DNA from: Psammoneis japonica | Lineage: Eukaryota | Assembly: GCA_008632985.1 (NCBI GenBank) | Contig: QPGO01000047.1 | Coordinates: forward strand, 186,001-250,000 | Length of the DNA: 64,000 bases | Direction: 5' to 3' | Shown here: positions 1-11,982 of the stretch, piece after piece | Layout of the letters: each line of letters begins with the position of its first letter | Position numbering within the stretch: position 1 is the stretch's first letter | Notes under the pieces: generated by a model | Told to the model about the DNA's origin: nothing | Seen by the model: only the letters and a program-made list of their open reading frames with translations | Database searches by the model: none | Translations under genes and position numbers: made by a program

Positions 1-82
1 GCGTTATAGACTGTAGCATGTCAGGTTGCATATCACATATGATCAAAGCATCCTTTCTTGAAGAGAACGGTAGGGTATCCAT
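1..82 (-). CDS. 5' end of an isochorismatase-like gene (second copy of the gene starting at 45234); runs off the window edge
   Basis: ATG at 82 on the minus strand reads MDTLPFSSRKDALIICDMQPDMLQSIT, identical to the N-terminus at 45234. Confidence 0.7.
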   Translation of the reverse strand, partial: MDTLPFSSRKDALIICDMQPDMLQSIT

Positions 83-942
83 GGTTGCTAGTTTGCAGCG
101 GCCATCCAACTCGCTTCTGCCATTGCGTTTACTTGCCGTGCCAATTGTCGCAACTTTGGAGCACGATTACCCAAACACGATCGTCGTGTCCCTCTCTGAT
201 GGTTTTTGCACTCACAGAGCTCTCGCCTCTCGCGCGAGTGGGAATGTGCATTCACGTCGTTACTTCGAGAGTCAGTCAACCATCGCTTGCGCAAACAATC
301 TCCTTTACAACGTGATTCATTCTTCCTTCTTGGCATGCGAACATCATCATGCCGAAAGAGTTCACACAACATCGATGCAAACGCATGGTGGTGTGCACGG
401 ATGAGAGAGGACGAGCCGCGCCGCTCGAATCTCGAGGCGCGCGCAGCAGAAATAACGCGCATGGCATGATGGGTGGTCGTGTCAGAGTAGCATTCGCAAA
501 ACACAAACATCACGATTGATTCAAGAAAGCACCTCATAATAATTGTCGTTCGATAAGGAGTCTGCAAGTTTTTCTTTTCTGACTGTCGGACATCGAAATC
601 GAGTGCGTTCCAAGAAAGTTGAGATTTTATTAGTGGCTCTCTGCTCTCTCTAGAGGACCAGGAATTGCGCAATACAACAGCAGTTTGGATAAAATGCGTT
701 TGTCTCCTTCCCATCCCGCCAACACGAACAAGAAGCAGCATATTGTTGTGGCGCTCGGTGGAAATGCCTTGCTAAAACGTGGAGAGCCACTCTCGGTATC
801 GGTACAGCGCAAGAACATTGCCGAGGGGATGCAACGTCTTGGTCCCATCTTGCAAAAGCACACTGCTACAATCGTACATGGCAATGGTCCTCAAGTTGGG
901 TTGTTGGCGCTCATGGGAGCCGCCTATCAAAAAGAGTCGGGT
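1..942. repeat. Arm 1 of a near-identical inverted duplication (partner about 44386-45315)
   Basis: The reverse complement of 1-25 is found at 45291-45315. ORFs 18..404/88..741 mirror 44912..45298/44593..45228. Similarity ends within the carbamate kinase CDS. Confidence 0.95.
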
Positions 943-1683
943 ATTGAACAGATGGAGCTTGATGTGTTGGACGCGGAGACCGAAGGCATGATTGGGTACT
1001 TGATTGAACAGGAGCTGCATCCCTACATTGCTAGAGAGCGGGGAGTTGTTACACTCTTGTCCCAAATTGTGGTGGATCCCAATGACCCTGCCTTTGGCAA
1101 TCCCACCAAGTTTATTGGTCCCATTTATACAAAAGAGGAAGCGAAGAAGATCAAAGGAACTCTCAAAAAGGACGGAGAGTACTATCGACGAGTTGTTGCA
1201 TCACCACTTCCGGTGAGACTCATTGACCAGCAAATGCATGCCGTAAAACTCTTGACCGCGGCGAATGCCATTGTTATATGCGCTGGAGGAGGTGGTATAC
1301 CCGTTGTTGAAGATCCAGAGACAAAGCAGCTAAAGGGTGTTGAGGCTGTCATTGATAAAGACCGAGCTGCAGCAATGATGGGCCGCAGTCTCAAGGCTGA
1401 TGGTCTGCTCATTTTGACCGACGTGTCGGGAGTGGCAATTCATTTTGGTTCTTCAGACGAGAAGTGGATCAAGTCCGTTTCTCCCGAGCGGCTGCGAGAA
1501 ATGGCGGATCAGTTCCCAGCAGGATCCATGGGTCCAAAGGTGGAAAGCGCCATTGAGTTTGTCGCACAGAGCGGCGGGTGGAGTGCGATTGCGTCATTGA
1601 AGCATGTCGACAAGATGATGGCGGGTATGGCTGGCACCTTTGTGACGAACGATCATGGTCCTGACCACATAGAATATTATTGA
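685..1683 (+). CDS. arcC: Carbamate kinase, intronless (ATG start probably at 694)
   Basis: Motifs [49 protein letters not shown]. Confidence 0.95.
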   Translation: MDKMRLSPSHPANTNKKQHIVVALGGNALLKRGEPLSVSVQRKNIAEGMQRLGPILQKHTATIVHGNGPQVGLLALMGAAYQKESGIEQMELDVLDAETEGMIGYLIEQELHPYIARERGVVTLLSQIVVDPNDPAFGNPTKFIGPIYTKEEAKKIKGTLKKDGEYYRRVVASPLPVRLIDQQMHAVKLLTAANAIVICAGGGGIPVVEDPETKQLKGVEAVIDKDRAAAMMGRSLKADGLLILTDVSGVAIHFGSSDEKWIKSVSPERLREMADQFPAGSMGPKVESAIEFVAQSGGWSAIASLKHVDKMMAGMAGTFVTNDHGPDHIEYY

Positions 1684-2453
1684 TGACAACACGTTCAACG
1701 TAACGAGGAAAGGAGATACGCTATTGACTTTTAGACGATGCATTCTCGAGCGTAATTCATACCATACAGTATTATAACATAGCTAAGATAGATCACAAAA
1801 TATTGAGGTCGGGCTTGTCGGTGAGTTGTAGTTGCATCTATGATACTTGGAGTACCTAAGCTCTAGCAAGAGAAATAGCTAAGGCGCAACCGCTCGGACT
1901 TCCTAGACGAGTTGAGAATACGATGATTGCCATTCCAACGGTAGTGATAGTATCAACAATGACAGCTTCCGTTACAGTATCAACAACTCTGCGTGTAGTA
2001 GAGAGAGTCAGGTTCGGATTCTCCTCCATCTACGCTGTCTACTCTAGCTACTAGAGAGTACTTCTACTGTAGCTAGAGAGAGCTACTACTACCCCTACTC
2101 TAGAGTAGTAGAGGGCCCTACTACTCTCTCTAGCTAGAGAGAGAGTAGAGTAGACTATGGACGGGCCGAGAAGATTTGGGAGGTTGAAGCCGCGGATGTG
2201 ATGCGTATCCATCCAAAATGACATTGATGACGTATGCATACGAACCATCGACGTTGGATTCCTGTAGAAAAGACCATTTGTCTGTGTCAAAAAGGGAACC
2301 ACGAGACGTGAAATTTCAGTGACACCCAGTGTCACATTTTGACACCTCTCGCAGCCACGAGCCTAAGATCGAAGATCGCAACCGAGTTGCATCACCACAC
2401 AAAATCTTTTTAGAAGTCGTTTGGCGCAAGGGTTTTAGGCTTCAAGAATCACC

Positions 2454-4473
2454 ATGGCTCCTAACGTTGAAGACGATTGCTCACCTATGCTTGATCCCAT
2501 TGATCAGCAAACATGGTGGAAACAAGGCGATCCTGCGGGGTCGCCGTTGCTCGACCCCGTCGTTGCCCATGGCACGGCAGAGGGATTGCAAACATTTTGC
2601 GAAATTACGAACTTAAACATGGCTCTCCCTTCTTGGGCAACGATTGATCCGCACAAGTTGGGAGAGGAAGAAGGCGAGCCATACCACGTCCATAACTGTG
2701 TTGGAGGGAACTGGAGCTCTGCCCACTCCACCATTGAGATCCCTCATCCGCTCGACAAGAGCAAGTTTCCGATCTTCAGCATTCCCGACACTCAGATGAA
2801 TGAACTCCAGCCTTTCTTGGACAGCTTGAGGAAGGTTCCCAAGAGCGGAGTTCATAATCCGCTCAAGAACAATCACCGATACTTGCAATATGGCGAGATA
2901 TCCCGTAAGGTACGTTTCTGTTTTCCTTTCATGTTTTCTGTTTTAAGCGCATTGGCACTTACATAACTATTCTGTCGTCGTTTGGCTTGTTGTAGGCGGG
3001 AGACGCTCTTTCCACTCCTGCGGTGGCTGAGTTTTTTGCTCAGCTAATTATGAAGTGCGTGCCCAAATCTCATGGGCAAGCCTTGGGCGAGGTATGGTCC
3101 GATGCTATTTTTGTAGTGTTGAGTCGCTCTTGCTTTTCTTCACTCTTCGATCAAACTAATACTTATACGCGTCATGTAACCCTCTAGGTAAAAGTGACGG
3201 GAGCCTTCCTCAACAACTTTGCAGGTGACAACGTTCGCCGTTTGGCCAAATCCTTTGGTGTCCCTGGAGACCACGTCGGACAGATGTCTGTTGGCCACCG
3301 TTGGCCTTACGGTCCTGTCGCCATTGTTACCCCCTTTAACTTTCCCCTCGAGATTCCTGTGTTGCAGCTCATGGGTTGCCTTTTCATGGGGAATAAGCCC
3401 GTGCTCAAACCAAGCGAGCCGTGTGCTATTGTTATGGAGCAGTTCCTCCGTCTCTTACACCATTGCGGGATGGATCCAAACGACGTGGACCTATTGAACG
3501 GACGAGGACCGGTGACCCAGGAGCTCATTACCAAGACGCCAGTCCGTTTGACACAGTTTACGGGTTCCTCTAACGTCGCAGAGCTACTTTCTCGTGAGAC
3601 TCATGGCAAGGTCATGATGGAGGATGCTGGATTCGATTGGAAGATTCTTGGACCCGACGTGGCGGACGTCGACTATGTGGCGTGGCAGTGTGAGTGCAGC
3701 TCTCGGATTGTATACCTAAAATCTGTTTCGCGTCGTTCTGATTCTCATAAGCGTCTCTATCTTTTGCTGTCGACACAGGTGACCAAGATGCTTATGCCAC
3801 GTCTGGCCAAAAGTGCTCTGCGCAGTCGATCATGTTTATGCATGAAAACTGGAGGAACACCGGTTTGCTCGACAAGATCAAAGCTAACGCTGCAAAGAGG
3901 AGTCTGGCTGATTTGACGGTTGGACCGGTCCTAACGGTGACAACCAAGCGAATCACGGATCACGTGGATCGTCTGCTGCAGATCCCAGGAGCGACTTTGT
4001 TGTTTGGCGGAAAGGAATTGGAGGGCCACAACATTCCTGAGCAGTACGGAGCGGTTGAACCAACTGCCGTATTTGTGCCCTTGGCGGAAATGCTCAAAGA
4101 AGAGCACTTCGGAGTGTGTACCACTGAACTCTTCGCGCCATTTCAGGTCATTACCGAGTACAACGACTCCACACTTGACGTTGTGTTGCAGTCCCTCGAA
4201 CGCATTTCGCACCACTTGACTGCGGCTTTGGTTAGCAATGACGTTGCTTTCCAAAACAAAGTGCTAGCCAACTCGGTCAACGGAACGACGTATACTGGAA
4301 GGCGTGCCCGTACCACCGGCGCACCTCAGAATCATTGGTTTGGCCCCGCCGGGGACCCACGTGGATGCGGAATCGGTACCCCGGAAGCAATTCAACTCGT
4401 TTGGTCTTGTCACCGCGAGATCATTTACGATAGCCTTGTTCCGTCGGATTGGACGCAGCCCAAGGCGACGTAG
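2454..4473 (+). CDS. ALDH12A1: Delta-1-pyrroline-5-carboxylate dehydrogenase, plant-type ALDH12. Exons about 2454-2909, 2996-3091, 3188-3689, 3779-4473.
   Basis: Motifs RWPYGPVAIVTPFNFPLEIP, FTGSS, EDAGFDWKILGPD, CDQDAYA-SGQKCSAQS, NGTTYTGRRARTTGAPQNHWFGP. Three GT-AG introns restore a continuous frame. Confidence 0.92.
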
Positions 4474-4715
4474 AGGCTACGATGAGTTTTTTGGACTATG
4501 TTTGTCGTTCATGTTGGGTAGAGAACCTTGCGGATTTTTACATATACTTTCTTGCTCGAAAAGCATCGCTATTTGCCATTCATTGTTTCGACCATTTATT
4601 TAGCTAGATATAATTTTTGATTATATACTTTGATCAATTAGATGAAAATTTATGAACGCATATTGTCTTTCATATAGCATTGATTATATTGCGAGTTAAC
4701 CAAAGATTGAAGACG

Positions 4716-6053
4716 CTATTCACAGAAACTTGACTCGAGCCTTCGCTTTTTCCAGGCCACTTCGATTTCCAATGCGTGAAGGTCACTCTTCAACTGTTTG
4801 ATCTTCTCTGTTGCCGCGGCAATGTCTTGCTCCATGACGCCACGCAAAAAGAGTGACAAGACGTTCGGGTCTTCTCGTAGCACACCGTAGACATTTCCAA
4901 GTGAATGTAAGCAATCTTTTGGGGTCGTGCGTTCGAGGGGAAAGGCACTTACAGCGGCCGACTGAAAAGGGAGGAAATGAGTAACTTTATCCCGAGTTTC
5001 CAATGCCTGTGGCGCTTCTTTGAGAATAGCCTCCCACGGCCATCGACCCTCGAGGGCAATGTGAAAGGGCAATCGACCTTCACGGGTGCACGTTTGGGCT
5101 GCGCGAGGATTTGCAGAGACAATCACGTCAATCATTTCTTCAACTAGTCCTTTGGGAATATAAGAAGGCATTTCTTGTTCAATCAGCAAGTGCAAGGGAA
5201 GGCGTCCGTGTTCGTCCTTGGTATTGAAGAGCTCTGGCGATTCTTTGGCGAAGCGCTTCAGTGCAGGCACAATATTACAAAGTTCATGGCCGTTATTGAG
5301 TCGTTCCCAAAAGAATCGAGAGCTAGTAACAAGTCTTCGAATGAAACTATGCACCGGCGTACAACAGCTGGCCTTATGAACTCGATCCGAAGCCGCAATG
5401 TAAAGTTGAAATTTTCGCCACAACAAATCATCTCCCTCCAACTGAAAGTTGTAAATATATCCTGAATTCAAGAGGAGACTCTCCAGTGGACAGCCCGTCT
5501 CTTTAGAGAACCTTCCAACTGCTCCTTGCGGAAATATCTCCAGAAATAGCTCCACTTGTTCCGGTGTGCATTTGTCATAATTCAAAAAGCAAAGTGGATT
5601 CCTGTTGAGGGGCACAAAGGCCGACTTGCATGGGCTTACAGGCGCTACCGTCTTTTCCAGGAGAAGTAACAAGACCTTTGCAGGATAGGGTGGGTCCCTT
5701 GCTGCACATGCAAGTCTCAGCGGAGTGTAATACTCCTCGTCATCCGAATCCTCTCCATCATCGTCGGTCCAATACTTGTGATAAAGTAGTGCCCTCTCTG
5801 CATCAACAAGTGCTTCGATCGCTTGAATAGGTGCACGGTGATGAAAAAGAACGTCGTGTAGGACAGCGTGGTGATCAACAGGGTCGCCAAGAACATCGTA
5901 CCCACGCTCGTTGATGCGAACTTCGTATGGATGAGTTTTTGAGCGAGCAATAACCGCATCCCAATCACATTCTCGGAAGCGTATGAGATAAGGAATTGAT
6001 CCCTTCTTCGGGACATAACCTGCAATGTCTTGGAGCGCCGCAAGTTGATTCAT
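4716..6053 (-). CDS. Ankyrin-like repeat protein with C-terminal coiled coil (start 6053 or 6149)
   Basis: Long ORF with degenerate ankyrin motifs (TPLRLAC, GRLPLHLL, GRLPFHIAL) and an FLPFQSAA...YGVLREDP tail typical of an expanded diatom family. Confidence 0.7.
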   Translation of the reverse strand: MNQLAALQDIAGYVPKKGSIPYLIRFRECDWDAVIARSKTHPYEVRINERGYDVLGDPVDHHAVLHDVLFHHRAPIQAIEALVDAERALLYHKYWTDDDGEDSDDEEYYTPLRLACAARDPPYPAKVLLLLLEKTVAPVSPCKSAFVPLNRNPLCFLNYDKCTPEQVELFLEIFPQGAVGRFSKETGCPLESLLLNSGYIYNFQLEGDDLLWRKFQLYIAASDRVHKASCCTPVHSFIRRLVTSSRFFWERLNNGHELCNIVPALKRFAKESPELFNTKDEHGRLPLHLLIEQEMPSYIPKGLVEEMIDVIVSANPRAAQTCTREGRLPFHIALEGRWPWEAILKEAPQALETRDKVTHFLPFQSAAVSAFPLERTTPKDCLHSLGNVYGVLREDPNVLSLFLRGVMEQDIAAATEKIKQLKSDLHALEIEVAWKKRRLESSFCE

Positions 6054-6884
6054 GGTGAGATAGGCTTTTTCTTGATGTTTTGCAGTTTGTGGTTTGTGAT
6101 GGTTTTTTTGTGACGAGAGGAAGTTGGCGCGACCAATGCTGAAGGCCATATGAGGCTACGACTAGCATAAACGTACCTGTTATACCGGTCAGACATTTTG
6201 TATTGGATTTTATGTATCCCTTTATTTAACGATAACGGTTCTTGCCAAAACAAATAGCAGGTTTTACATGTGTTAGATATACAAATGTCTCACAAAAGTC
6301 CATACTTTTCAACTATATTTAGATGTTTTTGTAGATGTTACACATTCAACCGTCGATACTCCGTTTGTCAACTCCGTCTTTGAATATTACTTCATATATG
6401 CTCGTATGTTTGATTAAATGGCGTGGCGGGCGTGGGCATGACCTTCATTTGAATTCGTACTTAAGAAGAGTCATTCTATGTATTGCCTCAGCATTTTGTT
6501 CGTTAAGTGCGTAGAACAGTACAAATCTTACACAAAAAGTCATATGCAGTCATTCAACATTCTTGTATATACGTCATTAATAAATCATATTAATGTTTTT
6601 TATATGTCAATGATTATATCATATTGCATTTTATGCTAGTCGTAGCCCCATACATACTACCTGGGCAGACAGTGTCTTCTTCTAATGACTCCGGTGACGT
6701 CATGGATTTGAACTGTCGGATTTAGCAACATTTATACGTAAAAAACATAGGACGTGGACAAGCAATGATCTGCCACGACCCTCAACAGTACATTTTCTAC
6801 ACAGACTTCCGTTTTGTCGGGTCATTGAAAAAGTCATTTTCTAATACTGATTCCTTCGTGTAGGAGGTACGTGGTGACGTTGGA

Positions 6885-6960
6885 GTGCAACGCGATGCAA
6901 CGGCGTGCAATGCGTTGCACGGCGTTGCACGGCGTTGCACGGCGTTGCACGGCGTTGCAC
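6885..6960. repeat. 10-bp tandem array (GGCGTTGCAC, about 5 copies) preceded by inverted copies
   Basis: 6911-6960 is tgcgttgcac plus 4x ggcgttgcac. GTGCAACGC at 6885 is the reverse complement of the unit core. Confidence 0.9.
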
Positions 6961-7033
6961 AAAACCCGCCACAAACGCGCCAAAAGAAATCGCAACACCA
7001 CACCCAGCACCCAGCACCCATCGCTATCCAACC

Positions 7034-7671
7034 ATGAACTTTAGCGCCGAATTCCTTTCCCTCTCCGAGGACAAGAGGCAGCTCTTGCTGGAGATAACCG
7101 AGTTTCTCGCAGGGCGGAGTAACAACCCGGTGCTGAAATACTCAACGCAACGCATTGAAGCCACGCGTGATCACTTTCGTCACGCCCAAGAGTAAGCTTC
7201 GCATGACACTACCTGCTGCTTGTTTCTATCCTACTGATTCATTCTAACATCTTGATATTTGCTGTTCTCCATGGAAGGGCGAGCGAAGCAAAAGGAAGGC
7301 GGCTCAATGCTGCCTTGACGAACGCCAACGATGAGGTGGCCGAGACGGAGGCTGAAATTGAGGCTGACGAACGCAAGTTGTCTCGCCTCCAATCGAGGCT
7401 TGATTCGTTGCGCGAGACACTCGACGTCCGTAAAAATCGCGCTACTTCAGCCGCTGGAGCGTACGAGGATTGGAAACAAGAACATATCGAGTTGAATCTC
7501 GAGTGGAAGAAGAATCTCTTTTATCTGGGTAACCGCCCTGCCGGCGCGGAGACGAAGCCCTTGCTTGCCTTCGTCACTCCGATGGACTGTGGCCTCACAG
7601 CGAGGCTCTTCTACTTGGGTTTGGGCCACGACATGCTCCGTACTGTACCTACACGCAGTTCGCATAAATAG
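7034..7671 (+). CDS. Hypothetical coiled-coil protein. Exons 7034-7191 and 7278-7671.
   Basis: GTAAGC donor at 7192, CTAAC branch-like site and AG at 7276-7277 join two ORFs in frame; heptad-rich segment. Confidence 0.55.
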
Positions 7672-8351
7672 GCCTCCTTCTTCGCACTCGTCGGACACCC
7701 ACACAACTCTGACAAAGACTGCGTCTTCCCGACGGCCGTGTTTGGAAAACCGAACAGACCTTTCATGCTCATTATGTTTTTAGTTTGTTGGCTGGCTAGC
7801 AATAGTCGAAAGGACTTAGCCTCGATACTAGGTGTCTGGCAACTTGTAAAAACACCACGAAGGAGATCTAATAGAAACCTGGTTTCCGACATGCGCAGAT
7901 AAGCTTCATGACATGTGGAAGTTTCTGGCTGGGCTCGTCTGCTCACCCCATTCCGAACTACGGCGGCCCTTTGTGGAATCTTGCTTTCCCGGTACTCTTC
8001 GATAGCACGCCCTTGGCGAAGACTCTGCAGTGTCTTGTGACAGTGCCGGCAAAACTCGGTTCTCCACTAGAGAGAGAGAGAGAGAGAAAGTAAGATAGAT
8101 TAACCGAAAATATGATAGAACCTTGGAAATCAAAACATTGATGAGTCCCAAAGCCGTGAGACACGATACTTGTTTGGTGCATGGCATCGCTGACGAGAGA
8201 TGATGACACTTCCATCTGAATCAAATACAGGAGTAGAGATTGTATACTATGCCAATGAAGTGTTAAAGTCGCGAGTCCAAGCAAAAGACAACACGCAGAT
8301 CGAACCCCAGCCAATCACCAATCATGGGCACTCGCCAAGAAGCCGACGCTT

Positions 8352-9272
8352 TCACTTTCCGATATCGTCCAAGTTGAATTTCGTTGTTTGATAAATTTCA
8401 TTGATCCAGTTACCATAAAGCAAATGGCCGTGACAACGCCATCGGTTTCGCGGTGTCTGAGTCGGATCGTCATTTGGAAAATAGTTGACGGGTAGGACAA
8501 TTTCTTTCTCGGCATTGACATCTCTGGTGTACTCTTGCTCCAATGTCAGTGCATCGTACTCGAAATGATTAAAGATGAAGAAGCAATTTCGAGCCTCATC
8601 GTGGACTAGACAAGGCCCGACCTTGTCGGATGAGAGAAGAGTGACGAGACCGGAAGCGGCGTCGATTTCTTCTTGAAGGATGCAAGTCCATCGACTGACG
8701 GGAATAAGCAGCTCATCGCAAAATCCACGCAATACTGGTGATGACGGAACGCATACATCATGCCAATAGCATCCAAAAGCTTTTGCCGACAGCTTGTGCT
8801 TTTGCACATTTGGGTGAAAGTAATTCAGCATGGCCATGGCGCCCCAGCATATGGCAAACGTTGAGTGAACATTGGTTTGAGTCCATTCAAAAACTTCGCA
8901 CAATTCATCCCAATAATGGCAATCATCGAAATTCAAATGTTCGATAGGAGCTCCAGTGATAATAGCGCCATCAAACTTTTCCTTCTTCACGTCCACAAAG
9001 GGTTTGTAAAAGGCCTCCATGTGTTCTGGCGGCGTGTTTTTACACTGATGAAAACTCATTCGTATCAACGTCAGTTCAATCTGAAGAGGCGTTGCTCCAA
9101 TCAACCTTGCAAACTGTGTTTCGGTTTGTATCTTTTTGGGCATGAGGTTCAACAAACCAATCCGAAGCGGACGAATGTCCTGGTGTTTGGCGTCGTACTC
9201 GGACATGACAACGACGCCTTCGGACTTGAGAATATCAAAAGCAGGGAGATCTTTTGGAATTGTAATGGGCAT
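8352..9272 (-). CDS. metA: Homoserine O-acyltransferase of the MetA (HTS) family, probably acetyl-CoA dependent; intronless
   Basis: Motifs [59 protein letters not shown]. Confidence 0.93.
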   Translation of the reverse strand: MPITIPKDLPAFDILKSEGVVVMSEYDAKHQDIRPLRIGLLNLMPKKIQTETQFARLIGATPLQIELTLIRMSFHQCKNTPPEHMEAFYKPFVDVKKEKFDGAIITGAPIEHLNFDDCHYWDELCEVFEWTQTNVHSTFAICWGAMAMLNYFHPNVQKHKLSAKAFGCYWHDVCVPSSPVLRGFCDELLIPVSRWTCILQEEIDAASGLVTLLSSDKVGPCLVHDEARNCFFIFNHFEYDALTLEQEYTRDVNAEKEIVLPVNYFPNDDPTQTPRNRWRCHGHLLYGNWINEIYQTTKFNLDDIGK

Positions 9273-9515
9273 GATGGTTAGTCTTTTGTCTGGTTGTTGG
9301 TTGTGTCGAGTGATATAACAAAGAGAGAACAAAGAACTGTGGTGTCAACTCAGCGACGTTGCCCTGGTACATGTTCTACGCAATTTCGAAATTTCATCGA
9401 CATTTTGAAAGAATTCTTTTTTGTTCTTGTCCAAGATCCATGGTTGAGTCGAAGCAGTCGGAAAGGTCGAGTTGACTCATTTATTTTTCGAGCGACGCAC
9501 GTACGAACTGGCGAC

Positions 9516-10279
9516 GAATGGAGTGGCGTACTTTCAAAAATTCGGTGCGCATACCTGATCTACACAAAATATACGTACGTAAAAATGTACTACAAAATTC
9601 GTAGAGATGTTTATTTGAATTCACTTCACACACAAACATCACGGCAACGACGCCGCGACATCGGCAATGGACGCACACAACAACGACAGCGGACTGGGAG
9701 GTTATGATGCACCGAGACAACAACTGATATGATAAGAAATGAGATATCAATGTCAAATGACAATGATCGAGTTGTTTTGGGAGCTGGTTGAGCCATTGGT
9801 GACGAAGGGTTTTTGGCACGTACAACTTGGTACTGAAATCACGTAGAGGTTTTGGCCGCGGTGGGACTGTTGTTTTTCACTTTTTTTGGGGTGTATTTTG
9901 TGTTTTCTCGGTCGATCGCATTGATGAAGCACTGAAGTGAGCACGCGACAACAGATTTTGACGAAAAGTTGGATTTTCATTCATTATGGAGGATTAGCAC
10001 GGGGTTTTTAACACGGTGAAGCACGGGGGGACGATTTTTTCACCAGATTTGCAAGATCCTGTATCCCATCCAATTCGCATGCGTAATATTAGTGGATTGA
10101 TGTATTTTTTATACGCAAGAAGCGCAATAACGTCGATATACCCGACATGATAGACTTCCCGTGCTGTTGTCGTAATGAAGTGAAATCTTGTTGTGTTCGG
10201 TGCGTAGAGTCTAGTACTATTTGTCCGTATGTAGACGAGTACTGCGCACCGCAATTTTGGAAAGTACGCCACTCCATTC
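9516..10279. mobile_element. Putative non-autonomous TIR element (MITE-like), about 760 bp
   Basis: About 36-bp imperfect terminal inverted repeats (9516-9551 and 10243-10279), non-coding interior, no clear target-site duplication. Confidence 0.5.
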
Positions 10280-10416
10280 AGGTAAAGCGCTTTGGCTGCC
10301 GCGCCGCGGTAGAATACCGCATCGAACCACCAACACAATCAGCTATGAAATACTCATTGTCTTTATCTACTAGAAGCAAACGTCGCATCTCTATCTAGAG
10401 GGTGTTGCTGTCTATC

Positions 10417-11982
10417 ATGGCTGTGCTTATCATTGCTCTTGTGGTTGTGGCTTTTACGGCCATGATTTTGGCAAAGAAGAAAAAGATGCAGCAAGCCGCT
10501 GCGACTTCTCCAGTTGACGGCATTCCAATTGCACCGAATGCAAGCTTACTTTTTGGGCACATGAGCGAACTGAACAAGGACGGAGATTTCCGCAAGGGTC
10601 AGAAATGTGTTTTGGTGGATAGTGCAAACAAGGACGGCTTTGTCTCGTTTTGGTTTCTCAACACTCCGGCGGTTTCAGTGTTGCTCGGGAAAGACGCAAG
10701 GGCTATTCTGAATGCCTCGTCCTACCGGGAACCCATTTCCTTTCTCGAGGTGCACAATGACGTATTCCTCGGATCATATGCGCTTACAGCATTGATGGGA
10801 AAAGATTGGAAATACTATAGAACTGTTGTTCATCGATCCTTTACACCTGCCGCTTTGAAAAGCTCGCAAGAGGCAATCAATGTGATTGGCAACACTCTCG
10901 CAAAGTCTCTTTTGAAGGCTTGCAGCAAAGGTGGAACGTACAAGGCAGCCGTACTTCCAATTATGAAAATGGCAACCATTGACGTGTTTGGCTTGTCGGC
11001 GCTCGGTGTCGATTTTGCGTGTTGTGCCAACTTGCAGCCCTCGCCGATTGCTTGCGCCTTTGACTTTTTGACCGACGAGTACACGCGTCGCCTCTCACGA
11101 CCGTGGGACCCATCGACGAGGCTTTACTGGCTCCCAACAGCGGCGAATCGTCGACATTTGAGGGAGAGAAAACGTATTCGGTCCTTTATTGCGGATTTAG
11201 TAGCTGAAAAGAGAAAGAATATAACAGAGTCCGACAAGAAGAATGACCTCATGACTAGTTTGCTGAGAGCAAACGCTGAAAAGGGAGGAGACATGTCGGA
11301 TCAAGTCTTGTCTGATACTCTCATGGTCCTCTTGTTTGGTGGATACGATACCACCTCCATAACACTTGCCTATGCTCTGCACTTGCTTGCTACTCATCCA
11401 GAGGTGGAAGAGCAGTGTGTTGCCGAAGTCAAATCGGTACTGACCAACGACAGTTCCGTCCAAGACCCAATCTCTCAACTACCATTTACACGAGCTGTCA
11501 TTTTGGAAACACTGCGTCTTTATCCAGCCGCGCCAGTCACTACAAGAAACTTGGAAAAGCCGCTCGAGTTGCGACCCGGAGTCGTTCTTCCCGCCAAAAC
11601 AATGTGTTACATTGCCATTTGGTCCATTCAACGTGACCCACGAAATTACCCACTACCCAACGATTTTCGGCCGGATCGATGGGTAAAGAAATCAAAGGAT
11701 GGACTTTGGGTAGAGCGCTTTCCAAATGGCGAAAGTGACGAGGACGGAGGAGCGATTCCTGCGGCCAACCGAGATGCCTTTTGTGCGTTTTCAGGGGGAG
11801 CTAGAAACTGTGTCGGACGAGTGCTTGCCATGCAAGAGGCTGTTACGTTATTGGCATTTCTTCTGCGTGACTTGAAGTTTGAATGTATCCCAGACTATCA
11901 GCTGGAACCGACGCAGTCAAGTTTTGTACAAAAGCCTTCCGATGATCTGCCAATGGTTATTAGTGCTAGGAAAGGATGTTGA
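10417..11982 (+). CDS. Cytochrome P450, membrane anchored
   Basis: N-terminal TM helix, I-helix FGGYDTT, ETLR, PDRW, heme motif FSGGARNCVG. Confidence 0.95.
   Translation: MAVLIIALVVVAFTAMILAKKKKMQQAAATSPVDGIPIAPNASLLFGHMSELNKDGDFRKGQKCVLVDSANKDGFVSFWFLNTPAVSVLLGKDARAILNASSYREPISFLEVHNDVFLGSYALTALMGKDWKYYRTVVHRSFTPAALKSSQEAINVIGNTLAKSLLKACSKGGTYKAAVLPIMKMATIDVFGLSALGVDFACCANLQPSPIACAFDFLTDEYTRRLSRPWDPSTRLYWLPTAANRRHLRERKRIRSFIADLVAEKRKNITESDKKNDLMTSLLRANAEKGGDMSDQVLSDTLMVLLFGGYDTTSITLAYALHLLATHPEVEEQCVAEVKSVLTNDSSVQDPISQLPFTRAVILETLRLYPAAPVTTRNLEKPLELRPGVVLPAKTMCYIAIWSIQRDPRNYPLPNDFRPDRWVKKSKDGLWVERFPNGESDEDGGAIPAANRDAFCAFSGGARNCVGRVLAMQEAVTLLAFLLRDLKFECIPDYQLEPTQSSFVQKPSDDLPMVISARKGC

Noticed and set aside
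88..741. 217-aa ORF (and its 211-aa mirror at 44593..45228)
   Set aside because: It spans a divergent promoter, has no recognisable motif, and is 'conserved' only because of the recent duplication
6911..6960. CRISPR-like array
   Set aside because: Contiguous 10-bp units without spacers, no cas genes, eukaryotic context
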